NCBI GenBank assembly: GCA_964016885.1
Contig: OZ024747.1
Location: 3,038,001-3,102,000 of the forward strand
Direction: 5' to 3'
Origin: Eledone cirrhosa
Taxonomy: Eukaryota
DNA length: 64,000 nt
Shown: positions 1-14,555 of the stretch, piece by piece
Layout: each line of letters opens with the position of its first letter
Numbering within the stretch: position 1 is the first letter of the stretch
The notes under the pieces: model-generated
Databases searched by the model: none
Told to the model about the DNA's origin: nothing
Seen by the model: only the letters and a program-made list of their open reading frames with translations
Made by a program: the position numbers and the translations under genes

Positions 1-1319
1 ATTGAATTCTTTAATACTGTTATTTTTAATAAAACATTAGATGTTCCTTTTAAATATTTTATTTTGAAAGTTTTATTAATTCCTATCTATTAACAACTGA
101 AGTATTTGATGTAATATTTGCATTAAAACTTCAACACTGCTCTAATAATAACAGCACTGACCAGTGAAACAAAATTTAATCAATAACTGTATTCATATTA
201 ATGATGAAGAAATAATTCTGTTTTGTTCACAAAATTTATGCAGCCCTACCCCCACTCAATACCTAATTTGTTCATTCTCATTTGACTAACATCTAAAAGT
301 TCTATTCAAATCCAAACAACCAGCCAGAGGCTTCTGCAATCTTCAAACCCCCACACCACCACCACCATTATAACTGCTTTATATTGAAAGTGAATTAACA
401 AAACCCATTTTGACCGCTCACCTTCATTAACCTGGAAGCATTCCCCACAACCTTTTTCATATCCACCTCTAGCATCTTTGAAGAACATCTTGAATGAAAG
501 ATAAGGCCTGTTTCCTCACCTCTAACCTCAATTGTAACCACCTTCCTAACCCAATCCCTCATGTAATCTCTTACTTTCTTCTCGTTAGAAGTCCAACTAG
601 CAGAAGACTTGTCTCAGCAATGAATTGTGAGCAAAGCAGAAAAAAAAATCCTCTTTGTTGTTAATGTATTCTTTTCAGATTAATCTCTTCACTACATTGC
701 CTGCACGATTTGCTCATTAATAAGGTGTTGTTGCCAAGAAGATAATAGTCAATGTGGTATAGCATAGCAATTCTTACACTCTTTACTTCATTTGAAGTAA
801 AAAAAAAAAAGAAAAGAAAAATAAATCAAGATACTTCACCCATATTCTATTTGATTGAACCTTCCCTGCTTATATCCTGCAGAACCAAATTTGTGCATTA
901 AATCTTGCCAGAATCTAGGTTAGAATGAGTTTCCCCACAGAAAAGGATATTAATCAACAGTAAGGCTAATAGAAAGACTAAGATATTGGCTATGATAAGA
1001 AAATTTATTTTCTCATGCTGGTTAGAATATACTGCCTCCAACTCACATGCAGTATACAGTCTACAACTACAGTTTTACACTTGATTGGGAAAATTTGATT
1101 GAAATAAAGTGGCAATTTATTGAATGATTACAATGTCAATTTGACTAAATAAATAAAAATAAATAAATAAAAAATAGACTGAAAAATTCAGAGCTGAAAA
1201 TATGGTTAAAAATATTGAATAGTTTAATATTGAACCACTGAATAATATATGTTGTCAGCTACAGAATTGTTCCTTTAAATATAATAATAGAAATAACAGC
1301 CTGTGAATTGTGAATATTA

Positions 1320-1465
1320 TCTGTAAATATATACGTGTTTGTTTATGCATGCATGTATGTGTGTGTATGTATATATGTATATATATATGTGTGTGTGTAT
1401 ATATATGTAATATATATATGATATATATATGTATATATATATATATATAATGTGCATATACATAC

Positions 1466-1542
<77 letters not shown>

Positions 1543-1547
1543 ATGTG

Positions 1548-1594
<47 letters not shown>

Positions 1595-1622
1595 ATATAT
1601 AATGTGTATATACATATATATT

Positions 1623-1654
<32 letters not shown>

Positions 1655-1720
1655 ATGTGTATATACATACATATATATATATGTATGAATACACATACAC
1701 ACATATATATATATATATGA
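1320..1720. repeat. (TA)n/(TG)n compound microsatellite in the intron upstream of the protocadherin coding exon
   Basis: Direct reading. Comparable TA-rich tracts lie at about 9968-10545, 13655-14060, 14597-15135, 15590-16100, 25698-25950, 29238-29500, 29725-29920, 60390-61500 and 63775-63860. Confidence 0.95.
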
Positions 1721-1804
1721 TATTTTGTTAATAGGTATTTGAGAAGTGCATTTTTTTGTTTTCAGATTTAATATCAATGAGTTCATAAAATCATTATAAA
1801 GACA

Positions 1805-4192
1805 ATGCTGGTGTCAATATTTTTACTACTATTTCTGCTGGAATTATCACAAACTGTTGACATAACCTACAATGTAAAAGAGAACCAAGCTCCAGGCACA
1901 TATATTGGAGACATTGCTATGGACTCACATTTAGGAAGTAGTGTACCATTACAAGACCACAGTCTACTTTGGTTTAGTCAACTTACTAGCAGTTCTCAGC
2001 TCTTTAATGTCTCTAAGACAGGCAAATTTTATACATCATTAATACTAGATGCTGAATCTCTTTGTAAATATAAGACAGAATGTTTTAGATTAGTGGATGT
2101 TGCAGTCAGTCATAAAGAATCTTTTGTAAAAATATTAGAAATCAAAGTTATTATTGAAGACGCCAATGACAATCAACCTAAATTTCCAAAGACACAAGTA
2201 CAAATAACCTTTTCTGAAAGAGATAGTGTTGGATCTTGGACAGCAATACCAAATGCTATGGATAACGATGTAAGCATTCAAAGTTCTCAAATAACATATC
2301 ATTTAAAGAAAACAAAACAAGAACCTTTCACATTGTCTGTTTTCAGAAACATGGATGGTTCTGCTAAACTTGGAATAGTTTTACAAGAAAAACTTGACAG
2401 AGAAATAAAAGATTCTTATCAACTTCAAGTTATTGCAAAAGATGGCGGGCATCCACCCAGAGAAGGTGTACTCAATCTCCAAATATCAGTTCGAGATGAA
2501 AATGATAATTCCCCAGTCTTTTCTCAAAATATTTACAATGTATCAATCAAAAATAGTTATCAAAGATCAAGACCTATAGTTACTTTAACTGCAACTGATA
2601 AGGATTTTGGTGAAAATGGTAAAGTAACATATCAATTCAGTTCCAAAACACCAGAGAGTGCTAGAACCTATTTTAAATTAAATGAATCAACAGGAGAAAT
2701 CTGGCAACTGCAGAAACTTCCACCAGGATCAAAAAAATTATATAAACTGTATGTTAAAGCAAGAGATGGTGGTAATCCATCTCTGAGCTCAGTTGCCATG
2801 GTTTTAGTTAATATAAATAGTCAAGAGAACAATCCACCTGATATAGATATGAATTTTATATCAAAATCAGCTGCACATTCTGCCAGTATTTCAGAGGGTG
2901 TAAATGTTGGTAGTTTTATTGCTTATGTAAAGGTCACTGATAATGATGTTGGGGAAAATGGTGAAGTCCAATGTTCCCTTCAACATGACAAGTTACAGCT
3001 GCAGGGTCTTGGTAGGAATAAATATAAGGTTATAGTGAAAAAGATAATAGATAGAGAAAGTAAAAGTTATATCAATTTTACTATTTCTTGCAAAGACAAA
3101 GGATTTCCACCATTAAAGACAGAGAAACATTTTTATATACAAGTAATGGATATCAATGATGTACAGCCAGAATTTATTAAATCATTATTTAGATTCCAAA
3201 CATATGAAAACGAAGAAGCAAACTTTCCTGTGGGTTTTATAAATGCCTCAGATCCAGATTTAGGATCTGGTGGACAATTAAAATATTCACTTTTAAATAA
3301 TAATAATGATATTCTCCCTTTCAAGATTTCAAACTTTGGATTTATTTCAACAATTTCACCATTAGATCATGAAAAACAAGATGTTTATAAGTTCAGAGTG
3401 TTAGCAGAAGACAAAGGAATACCATCTTTAAGTGATACAGCAAATGTTATTGTTGAAGTTATGGATAAAAATGACAATGCTCCTTATTTTACATTCCCTA
3501 GTGTGAATCCCTTTAATCTTGATGTACACTACTATCCACAGAGTAACACTGATATAACAACATTAAGAGCTTCTGATAGAGACAGTCATGTGAATGCTTT
3601 CCTCAGGTATGAAATACTTGGAGGAAATAACAGACAATTATTCTCAGTGAATCCCTATTCTGGAGTGATATCATTTTCTCGCCCAGTTTACCAAAATGAT
3701 GCTGGATCATATAATCTAAAATTAGCTGTCAAAGACAATGGTACACCAGTTTTATCAGCCACAACTACATTGTCTTTGACACTAACTGTTAGTAATACAA
3801 CAGCCAGGATGTACACATCTGAGGACACAGAATCAGACAACAGAATACATATTAATTTGATGATTATTATAGTAGTAGCAGCAGTGATAGTTTCTGTTGC
3901 TATTGTAGTTTCTGTGATTGTTTGTGTCGTTCATAAAAGACATCAAAGAGATGTCCAATATGCCACAAACAATGAATTTGTTGGTGAACAAAGACAATCA
4001 GGATATGTTTGTGAACTAATGTCACCTAAATATGATATACCAGTTGCCATGGTAACAGATGCAGAATGCAATCGCACCCCTAAAGCAACGCTAATACGAA
4101 GAGACCCAAACTCAGATTATGAACCTGGTTGTGATTGGGAAGTTTCCTCTACAGAAGTTCCTCCACAGTTCCTCACTACACAGTCTCATCAG
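1805..4192 (+). CDS. Protocadherin (coleoid cephalopod type), large first coding exon: signal peptide, 6 cadherin (EC) repeats, TM helix, start of cytoplasmic tail
   Basis: Hydrophobic N-terminus MLVSIFLLLFLLELSQT. Cadherin linker motifs DANDNQP, DENDNSP, DINDVQP, DKNDNAP; LDRE, IDRE, LDHE, AxDxG and DxD motifs. TM segment INLMIIIVVAAVIVSVAIVVSVIVCVV. Upstream acceptor ttttttgttttcag ends at 1765. Donor CAG|gtttgt after 4192 is phase 0 (796 codons). Confidence 0.95.
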
Positions 4193-5448
4193 GTTTGTAT
4201 TTTCATTTATCTTCTTTTTTCTTTGTTTCCTCTCCAACAATTATCAATGTTTATTTCACCAGAAGTAATTTCCTATATACTTATATTCAACTTTACCATT
4301 TACGCTGAAATTTCTATAGAATATACATTACATGACTGATTATAATAGCTTATCTGTGGAGCTAGGATGTCTTCAATGATTTATATAATAGGTTAATTGC
4401 TTATCATTAAGATTCATAGAAACGGAAATTATATAAATCAGAGAGGAAAAGAAAATGGCAAAAATAATAAATATTTTCATAAACAATAATTTATCTTTCT
4501 TAACATTTAAATTTTCAGCAAGATATAGAAAATGAAGAAGAATTGAAGTAAAAACATCCAGCTTAAGTTTCCTCCTATCTTGAATAGCAGAAATATTCTT
4601 GTGGTTTCTTTTATTTCTATTCATTTATTTCCCTAAACTCTGAGTTAGATAATTTCCATTCACATCCTTAGGAAAGCAGTCAATTCGATATTCTCAAATT
4701 ACCTTCAGAGATATTTATGATTTTAAAATGGTTATTAATATGCATGTCATTATTGGAAGGATTTACACAACAATGTATATAATATATATACCATCTCCTT
4801 CTAACGTATGATATAAATAATTATAAGCTACATTTTACAATAGAATACTTAATATAACTTAAGGAATAATTTATATCTCATATAATAATAACAATAAATA
4901 TAGTTTGATTTAGAAACATGGGAGATGTTATGCATTGGCATGATAATAACCACAAATTCCATACTAACACATATAAGCAGATGGGTACCAGAAGTATTAA
5001 CATTATTATTATGGAGGATACTTAAACAACATTAGCAATGAAAAATTCTAAAAGTGTTTTTTTGTATGTGTGTTTTTTTTTGTTTTGCTATTTACATGAT
5101 TAATTGTATTTTCTAATTAATATGCAAGGAAAAAAACATTAATAATCACAACTCAGCATCTCAATTAGATTAAGGATAGAGATAGTAATTAGAGAGAACA
5201 ATTTGATTATAGAAAAATGATATTTTTAAGAAGTTTTTTTTCCTAATAAATCATTAGTATTGACCTATCATGTTGATGGCAAGTTAGTGTTTTAATTCAT
5301 AATTCAATGATATTTCAAATCTAATTCAGTAAATGTTACATGAATTATCCAAATAAACTGAGTAACAGTAGCTTTATCCGTTTTATTCACTCTATAATTC
5401 CAGATGTAGTTTTTCCCCATTACAGTGGTCCGCCTATTGTATTTACAG

Positions 5449-5605
5449 ATCAATTTTCTCTCAAGCAGGGCCTCGGACATAGGCCAACATGAGCCTATAA
5501 TTGTATCTCTTGACCGTCTTAATGATATATCAACAATCCCATCAAATGCAGAAAATAGTCAAGAATGGAATGAAAGAAATGCAGGACATTACGAAACGCT
5601 ACCAG
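5449..5605 (+). CDS. Protocadherin cytoplasmic exon 2 (INFLSSRASD...GHYETLP-G)
   Basis: Acceptor atttacag ends at 5448, phase 0, matching exon 1. Open frame of non-repetitive sequence. Donor CCAG|gtataa after 5605 is phase 1. Confidence 0.8.
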
Positions 5606-6307
5606 GTATAAATTTGACTTTATTTTTATAATAAAAGATAATATCATTTAATAAAATGTTTGACTTGTTTTGTTTTGGCTTTTTTTGTTTGCTTTTTTTG
5701 GTTTTAGATTTTAACTGATAAAGCTTGAGTGAATTAATGATATTTTATATAAGAATTTCTAATATTTCAGACATCACATTCCTTTATTCAAACCACATTC
5801 TTCCATGGCTTTCCTCATGCAAATATATAGAAATGAAAATTTTAGTTCTTATAATTTGTTTTGCTTTTGTAAGTTAATGTAAAACTAGGGGGGTGATTTG
5901 AATGTTATTATGGATTTGAGTTGATATAGTTACATATACAAATTCATGTGTTTAAGTGTTTGTGTATGTGTTTATCATCATCATCATCATGTTGACTTTT
6001 CCTTGTTGGCAGGGTTAAGCAGAACAATTAGAGGCAATGTATTATAGCCAAATGCTCTTCCTAACACCAAGACTTTACTTACTTCTAAATTGTACCACAT
6101 GGTATATACACATATATAACAACCACCAGCATCAAATGAAATAGGAGACTACAATGTCTTAAATTCAAAAATGTTATGACTAGATGTAAGCAAAAAATAA
6201 AGGATTCTGTGGAAACTCAAAAGATTTGTGGGAAAGAATATGCTCCAAAAAGCACTAAACATCTCGCAAATATCTTAAATTATGGTATGCAGAAGAACAA
6301 TAATAAT

Positions 6308-6535
6308 GGTTTCTGATTTAGGCACAAAGCCAGCAATTTTAGGGGAGGGGGAAAGTCAATTAGATTGACACCAGTTCATTACTGGTATTTTATTGTCCTC
6401 AACTCCATAAGGATGAAAGGAAAAGCTAAACTTAGTTGAATTTGAACTCAAAATGTAAAGGGATGTAACTATATGCTACAGAGCATGTTGTTCAATGCTC
6501 TACTGACACAGTCAATCCACCACCCTTTCTTAATG
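6308..6535 (-). mobile_element. tRNA-derived SINE family 1 (Meta/MESC-like core), diverged copy
   Basis: Reverse complement of the family consensus (gagttcaaat B-box; ctttcatcctt...ataaaataccagtaatg; ttgctggctttgtgcc). Confidence 0.75.
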
Positions 6536-6963
6536 AGAATAGTGACAATAATAATAATAATTTCACTTTATTTGCTATAATAGCTATTCTTTCTTACATG
6601 TTACAAAAAGAGTTTACAAGAGCAGTGGGAATGTATGAACCCATTTATATAAAAATGAGGGTTAACTTTGCCTTTCATCCTTTTGGGGTCGATAAAATAA
6701 AGTACCAATGATGCACTAGGTAATTGGTGGCCTTGTGCCAAAAGTAGAAACAATTATACAATATATTACAACATTAAACATCTAAATAAAATATAGTCCT
6801 GAAAATCTGTTATTTAGGTTGGCTCAAGACACCTCATCACCCACATTACCTTTTGTTCATACTATAGGACACCGAAGGACTCCCAAAATTGCCTGTGAGC
6901 ATTATCAATGTTGGACTATGACTTCTACCAGTTCTAGGTGGTTCATTTCATCTGCAATCTATC

Positions 6964-7146
6964 TACCATATTTACCGGCATCAAAGAAGCTTCAGCCTCG
7001 AGGATTCACCCAAATTTAGACAAACAAAAATTTGAAAGAAAATAATAAACATAAAAAATGCAACCTTTGGCCTCCAGGATGCATGGTAGATTTTGGAGAC
7101 ATATTTTAGGAAAAAGGTAGCGTCTTTGACGCCGGGAAATATGGTA
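6964..7146. mobile_element. Tc1/mariner-pogo-type MITE
   Basis: TIRs taccatatttaccggcatcaaaga / tctttgacgccgggaaatatggta with TA ends. A second copy lies at about 39737-39871. Confidence 0.7.
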
Positions 7147-7248
7147 CATTTGATCTCATTTCACCAATCTATTTACTGCTCCCCTCAATCATCCTTCAAA
7201 TGGTTCACATAAATCCATGGTTAGAAATCTGATATTATTACTCCTACT

Positions 7249-7633
7249 AGGGCGGGGAATTCGCAGTATCGGTAGAGAGTCGGACGCCATGCTTTCTAGC
7301 ATAGTTACGTCCCTTTACAGTCCGAGTTCAAATCCCGCCGAGGTTAACTTTGCCTTTCATCCTTACGGGGTCGATAAAATAAAGTACCAGTAATGCACTG
7401 GGTAATTGCTGGCCTTGTGCCTAAAGTAGAAACAACTATTACTCCTACTATTAACATTAGTAACAAAATATCATGGCAGTATCGGTAGAGGGTCGGGCGC
7501 CATGCTTTGACGCATAGAGTTACAGCCCTGCTGAGGTTAACTTTGCCTTTCATCCTTACGGGGTCGATAAAATAAAGTACCAGTAATGCACTGGGATAAT
7601 TGCTGGCCTTGTGCCAAAAGTAGAAACAATTAT
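7249..7633 (+). mobile_element. Two tandem copies of tRNA-SINE family 1 (7249-7440; 7474-7633, internally deleted)
   Basis: A-box-like ggcagtatcggtag, B-box gagttcaaatccc, core gaggttaactttgcctttcatccttacggggtcgataaaataaagtaccag, tail ttgctggccttgtgcc..aagtagaaacaa. A partial copy also lies at 6657-6756. Confidence 0.85.
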
Positions 7634-8083
7634 ATTTAGTTGTTATTAAAGTGCAGATGTCTCTGCCTTTTCATTTATATTCATTTTCCTCCTCTATTCA
7701 TTTTGTTTGATTTGGATTTTTATAACTTTTGTTATTAGTTCCCAAAAGTTTTCTTGTATTGGTATAATTGGTACTACCTTGTTTGTAGCATTTTATTCTG
7801 CTCAACCTGAGAAAGCCATATTACATTAGTAAACAACCATTAAAAATATAACATAGATGTATAACATACATGCATAGATGTATGAAAGGTATTTACACCA
7901 CCCCAGGTGTTGGGGAGGTGGCGTATATGTCCAAATATTCTTAAGTCTCTTGTCTACAAAAGGAAACAACAAAAAAAATATATATTTCACCAAATAAATC
8001 ATGAAAAAAATCCAACAATTTGCTGAGCTATCTCGAAGACATCTGTACACTTCATCACACAATAATAATAAAGATAGTAGTAG

Positions 8084-8101
8084 TAGTAGTGGCAGCAGTA
8101 A

Positions 8102-8163
<62 letters not shown>
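8084..8163. repeat. (AGT)n microsatellite
   Basis: Direct reading. Confidence 0.95.
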
Positions 8164-8515
8164 AAAAATATGTAAAACATTCCAAAAATTCTGCATTTGA
8201 TAACTGCACAGATACAAAGCATATATACATGCACATCCACACCTGCAAATGCATGCATGTAGACATCCAGACATAGCTACCTAGTTGATGTGTAAATTCC
8301 AATGAGAGAGCCTTGTAGCTATATAATTTGTGAAATCATAAAACCAGAAGAACTTACATAGAGGCATTCACTCACAAAACTATATTGTGTAATCACATCA
8401 TAAGTAATGGAACTTAGAAGAGAAGCTTACATGTGTTTAAATACATCTATATACATATATGTGTATTGGTATACATATGTATGTATTGATACACATCTAC
8501 ATATGCATATATATC

Positions 8516-8621
8516 CATGAGCAAGACAAAGGTCAGCTGACCGGACACTGCCCACAACAGGACAACCTGTCTAACCCATGCTAACGCGGAAGAACGGAGG
8601 TAAAACGGTGATGATGATGAT
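8516..8621 (+). mobile_element. Isolated 3' end of an RTE LINE with (GAT)n tail
   Basis: Closely matches 29135-29238 of the large LINE. Related RTE 3' ends lie at about 10397-10462(-), 21422-21570(-), 48108-48213(+), 56708-56860(-) and 61080-61180(-). Confidence 0.8.
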
Positions 8622-8804
8622 GTGTGCATTGATATGATCTATATATATAGAGAGAGAGATATAAATATAAATTCAGCGAGAATCGTATTTCGGCTGGTAG
8701 ATATATATATATGTGTGTGTGTGTGTGTATTGATATACATATATATGTCTGACATTCAAATTACATCCACATATTTATGTTATTTTATCTTTATTCTTGT
8801 ACAG

Positions 8805-9046
8805 GTTTAAAATATTTTCCACAAGAACAGACTGCAAGTTCAGGTAAGAAGCCCTTACTCCAGCCACTCACCAGGCCTAAAGATATTGGCACTTCAAGCA
8901 GATGTATGAATCAACCTAACATTAGATATTTTACCCAAGATAAAAATATCATTAATTTAAAATCTACACAAGTTGATGTTACCAATTGCAACCTACACCC
9001 ACAGACTTCTCATCTACAAATGAGGGACATTTTAAAATATAACTAA
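8805..9046 (+). CDS. Protocadherin terminal coding exon 3 (G-LKYFPQEQ...RDILKYN-stop)
   Basis: Long pyrimidine tract and acceptor cttgtacag end at 8804. A phase 1 join to exon 2 restores a GGT codon and an open frame to TAA at 9046. Confidence 0.7.
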
Positions 9047-9965
9047 CTCTTGCCAGATAAAACTTACTGTACACATGGGATGTTTTTATGTATCAATTTT
9101 ACAAGAGCATATATCTCAACACCATTCAAAACATAGTACGATAGAGAACTATGCTCACAAAATCCCTTTAAGCATGTAATGTAAGTAACTTGCATGTATG
9201 TTATCAAATAATAAGGACTGCTGTTTGGAAACTAATGTAAATACTTAGAGATATCCATTTGCTACTGTACTGACAGTAAAAACAGTTAACTCAATATTGT
9301 TATATCAGGCTCTACTCATGCATAAATTCTCTTCACATTACATCTATGTTACAAGCATCTTTTATGTTGCCCATGGGGTCAGCTATTTTGCTGTTTTTTG
9401 AGAGAGAAATAAATGATCCTAAACATCAATTGGATACTACCCAACATACATGAACCATGTGCAAACACATACACCATTGAACTAGAACTAATCTACTGGA
9501 CAGATTTCAGTATACTTCAGAAATAGAATTACATGTCCTACTACAATGTGGCTATTTCTAATATCTTATTCAATTTTAATAGTCTATGTCAAAGCAGTCA
9601 TTGCTGAGACACGCTTTCCTCTGATGTATAGCCCTCATCTAACATCTAAAGTAACGCAGCATTAAGCAACAATTAAATTATCCCCAATGAAACAACCAAA
9701 TTTCATACAGCTCTCAGCTTGCAATAGTTGCTGAGGAAAACAAGGCCAATTTTTGCCAACTATGAAAGGATATAAAACTATCTTACAATCTGCTACACTG
9801 CTTCATTTATTGAAACAATATATACAGATAGTAATAGGTGTCCTTTCAAGTAAACTAACAAAAATAAAACAATATATTGACTAAAAAATAAATGGATTCT
9901 TTAATGATGATATTATCATTTACTTTGTTGCATTATTAACCTGGTATAAACCTAAATACACAATT

Positions 9966-10036
<71 letters not shown>

Positions 10037-10060
10037 CATCTTTATATATACATATGTATA

Positions 10061-10110
<50 letters not shown>

Positions 10111-10219
10111 CATATTTATATATACATATGTCTATATTTATATATATATATATATATGATATATATATATGTATATATACATAAATATATATACATATAT
10201 ATATATATGTATGTATATA

Positions 10220-10253
<34 letters not shown>

Positions 10254-10308
10254 CATATATATATATGTATGTATGTATATATGTATATATATACATATAT
10301 ATATATAT

Positions 10309-10367
<59 letters not shown>

Positions 10368-10604
10368 TATATATATATACATATATACACATATAAATCA
10401 TCATCATTTTTACGTCCATTTTTCCATGCTTGCATAGGTTGGACGGGTCCTTTTCAGCACATATATATGTGTATGCACACACACACATATGTGTGTATAT
10501 GTATATATATATATACACACACACATATTTATATATATATATATATGTATATATGGGTGCAGGTGTGTACACATGTGATGTAATAAAGAATATCATCATC
10601 ATCA

Positions 10605-11570
10605 AAGCATTGATGTCCATTTTTTATTGTTTACACATATTGGAAGTGTCTGCTGCACAGCCTATTGTAACTTTCATCGTATCTCTGAGGACAAGCAGTC
10701 TGTGATCTCACCTAAACATTTTTTCTCAATGTTTTCTCATCTATTTCTATGTGGACCGTCCAACTAATAACCCTCAGTATGTTTTAACCAGGACTTGTCC
10801 TTCCAGCATATACAGCCCTCCTCTCTGTTTCAGCTGATGCTTTTAATGCATAGTTGATCTTTCAGCTCCCCTGAGCTCCACTTTCATGCTGTTTTAACAT
10901 TACTTATCAAATGAATGCGTTCATCTTATTCCTATCCATTCTCTACATATATTTGTCTAAAAATTAACATTGCACTTCTAAATGAAAAGAAATTGCTTTT
11001 TGTCAACAACTCATTAGACATCTTCCACCCTTTCCTGACTGTAGCAACTCTGCTTCCCCATACTTATATCTATCTGTAATAGGATCATCAATAAAATAGA
11101 AACTATCAACTACATTTATTGAGCCATCTGAGTAAAATGAATTTAATTTCATTGATGCTTTTACTGATAACTAACTATTCCTGTATATTTGAAGCCTTGG
11201 TTCCTTGTCAGTCTGCCAGAGATGCAACACAATCTTTTGTCTTCCTATTGTTTGCATTTTTTACATATCAAGGAAAGACATTCTCAGTTGGCACTTTGAC
11301 AGATTTTACTCTGAGAACTAAAGCAAGCTACCGATAAAAGTTCCCTAAGATAAATAGATCCCACTATAATGTTATCATTATAGTCTGTAGAACTATAAAG
11401 AATAGTGGGTAAACACCTATCTGCAAACTAAATTCTTTGCTGAATTTAATGCCAACTATAATCTTGCATACAGAATTTCAACAGATATCAAACCATTCAT
11501 TTACACCTGGTTTCCTTAGCTCACATGAATCCGCAAAGCAAGATACCTGACAAAGATTATCTCCACAATA
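10605..11570 (-). mobile_element. Heavily decayed RTE LINE RT fragment
   Basis: Minus-strand peptide remnants LRKPGVNEWF and VATVRKGWKM align with LRKLGVDEWL and RVRTGWKKF of the 26-29 kb LINE. It ends in a (GAT)n tail. Confidence 0.6.
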
Positions 11571-12864
11571 ACAATTGCAAAGTGGCATGATTAGCTTTAG
11601 GGTAAGAAATTATTTTATGATTTTTATACTAGATATATGGAATTTGTGTTTCATGACTATGACAATCTGAGAGTGTATCTTAACAAAGCTAATGTACCTG
11701 TTTTGGTAAACCTATTTTATATTAATAATGAAAATGATTGTGTATAGTGCATGGGTGTACTACAACTCCTTAAAGGTGCATGTATAGTTCATAGAATAAT
11801 GTACAAGTGTCAGGAAAGTGAACATATGTATATAATAAGCATAACAAATCTGAAACAGTGATGATGATGATATTAAAAATGAATTTTTCCTTAATATTAA
11901 CATTGCTTTTATATTTAAAATGGATTATGTAATGAAAAGATTCATAATTTTGTATCAGATTTCACATTATTTACACATAAGATAATGTTGGATTTTTACA
12001 TGTCACTTAAAGATATATATATATGTACATATATAAGACAAATATGTAATACTAAATTCAATTCAATATAGTATGAATAAATACTTACATGAGGCTATTT
12101 ATAATTAAGTAATGATATAAATTAAACTATATTTTGTATCTGTAAGCTCAGTAATGCTGATTAAAATTATTTTCAGCTCTTAAGGTATTTTCTAATGATG
12201 TACCATATATATGAGAAGGCTTACCAATTACTAAAAGGAACCTACAAACTATTCAACATATTCAGCAATAAGCAGAAAACAGGGATTTCACAATCAACTG
12301 AAACAGGTAAATTATTTCAAACTGGATATTATAAGGATTTTATTTTCTTATAAAACTATGGTGCTAAATTGATTACTGAAAATGTTTAGATGATACATAA
12401 AGGATTGTATATAGAATTCATGGTTAATCCTAAAACATGAGTTAGTTTAAATTATTTAAATGCAGTTAAAAAATAGCTGTAAAAACAGCAAAATAAACAA
12501 TATGTTATATGTAAAGAAATTAGAAAGTAAATAAAATAATTTTTATATGTGAATATAACAAATTGATTTACTCCTTAATTTCTATAATTCAAAATTATAC
12601 ATATATATGTGTGTGTGAGAGTGCGTAAGTGTCTTTGTGTCTGTGTGTAAGCATGTCTTTGTGTGTCTGTGTGTATGTATGTGTGTCTGTGTGTATGTGT
12701 ATGTGACAGATGCAAACATGAGCATTCACTACTGAAGCAGAGATTAATGATATTTTTTCTGATGGCTTTGTAATGAGTCATGTTACACTGCAGTTTCATC
12801 TGAGTACTCTAGAGCCACAAGATTCATCACTAAGACATAATACAAAATATTATATATATATATC

Positions 12865-13051
12865 CGGTGGATTGGCAGTATCGGTAGAGGGTCGGACGCC
12901 ATGCTTTGCAGCATAGAGTTACGGCCTTGCCATTCTGAGTTCAAATCCTGCCGAGGTTAACTTTGCCTTTCATCCTTACAGGGTCGATAAAATAAAGTAC
13001 CAGTAATGCACTGGGTAATTGCTGGTCTTGTGCCAAAAATAGAAACAATTA
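12865..13051 (+). mobile_element. tRNA-SINE family 1, full-length copy
   Basis: Near-identical to copies at 7249, 14366, 37636 and 38303. Confidence 0.85.
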
Positions 13052-13650
13052 TATATATATATATATGAATAATAACTGCCACTTCTTTACAGGAGGCAAC
13101 CATTCCTTCAATAAATTCCCTGCTGTTATCACTCACCACCAACTGCTGGCCAGTTTCATGACTGAACAGGCCTTGTTTAGGTCATCTTTTCTAGAGCCAT
13201 GTAATATGGGTGAGCAGTGAATCCTTATAAAGAGCTGTTCAGATGCTCAAGACTCCATCAAAGCATGTTACTGTTCAGGTTAACAGTGCAGCGATGTTAG
13301 GAAAAGACTCAAGTTGCTTATGTGAAGATTTGTGACTATGTGCTTCTAACTGGTCGAGTCTGCACAGATTGCACACTTTAGGACTTGTGAAGAAGTATCT
13401 ACACATAAAGATGGCAATGCTATGTGCTTGTGTTACATAGCACTGACACCATCCCTGCAAATCTGTGTCCAGTGATAAGCCAAGACAAGATAACAGGACA
13501 GTTGCAAGGATTGCATATGTCATTGTCATCAGGTTTAACCTCTCCAGGGTGTATAGCCATATTCATCCTGCTTCACTAATTGCAGGTTGGTGAGGCTATT
13601 TAACCAACAGTTGGGGTGGATGGTCGTTGACTCTGTGGAGTTAATCTGCC

Positions 13651-13690
<40 letters not shown>

Positions 13691-13834
13691 ATAATAGTAA
13701 TAAACGAAAGATATATACTTTATATCATCTCTATTTAATTATAGATATTTTCGAAGATGCAAAGTTTTATATATAACATAAACCAGACCATGTCCTCTTC
13801 AGACAAAATATATATGAGATGTATACTTTTTTCA

Positions 13835-13874
<40 letters not shown>

Positions 13875-13957
13875 ATATATATGCATATAGATATGTACAT
13901 ATGTAGAAATATCTATGTGTATATATATGTATATATGTGCATGCATATATATATATA

Positions 13958-14033
<76 letters not shown>

Positions 14034-14365
14034 CGTAATATATATATATACACACATATACTTGACACATTTATTATTACATTTTCTGAAAAAAACTAAC
14101 CTCCTCAATTATAACAGAAACAAATAAAATCTATGTAAAAGTATGTCTGTACACAGTATCAAAGTATATAACACATTTATATGTTCAATTATTTTAACTT
14201 AAATACATATTAAATATACATATCTTCTCACTACTATTGAATTATTGGTAATTTATTTTTATTTTCTGAATTTCACTTCATTTTTACAAATTCTATGTCT
14301 ACATTTATGTGTTTGATTCTCTAATATTTTAAGTATATATCGTATAACATTAATGTTTTAAACGC

Positions 14366-14555
14366 AGGGCAATGAATTGGCAGTATCGGTAGAGGGTCGG
14401 ACGCCATGCTTTCTAGCATAGTTACGTCCCTTTACGGTCTGAGTTCAAATCCCGCTGAGGTTAACTTTGCCTTTCATCCTTACGGGGTCGATAAAATAAA
14501 GTACCAGTAATGTACTGGGTAATTGCTGGCCTTGTGCCTAAAGTAGAAACAATTA
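14366..14555 (+). mobile_element. tRNA-SINE family 1, full-length copy
   Basis: Same consensus. aatgttttaaac occurs on both flanks (TSD-like). Confidence 0.85.

Noticed and set aside
4193-4339. Hydrophobic C-terminal extension of the 844-aa ORF
   Set aside because: It is T-rich read-through past a phase-compatible splice donor and most likely intronic.
13060-13650. Possible decayed LINE fragments here and at 24700-25420 and 31340-31740
   Set aside because: Only isolated weak motifs (e.g. ILLYGCK); not classifiable by eye.
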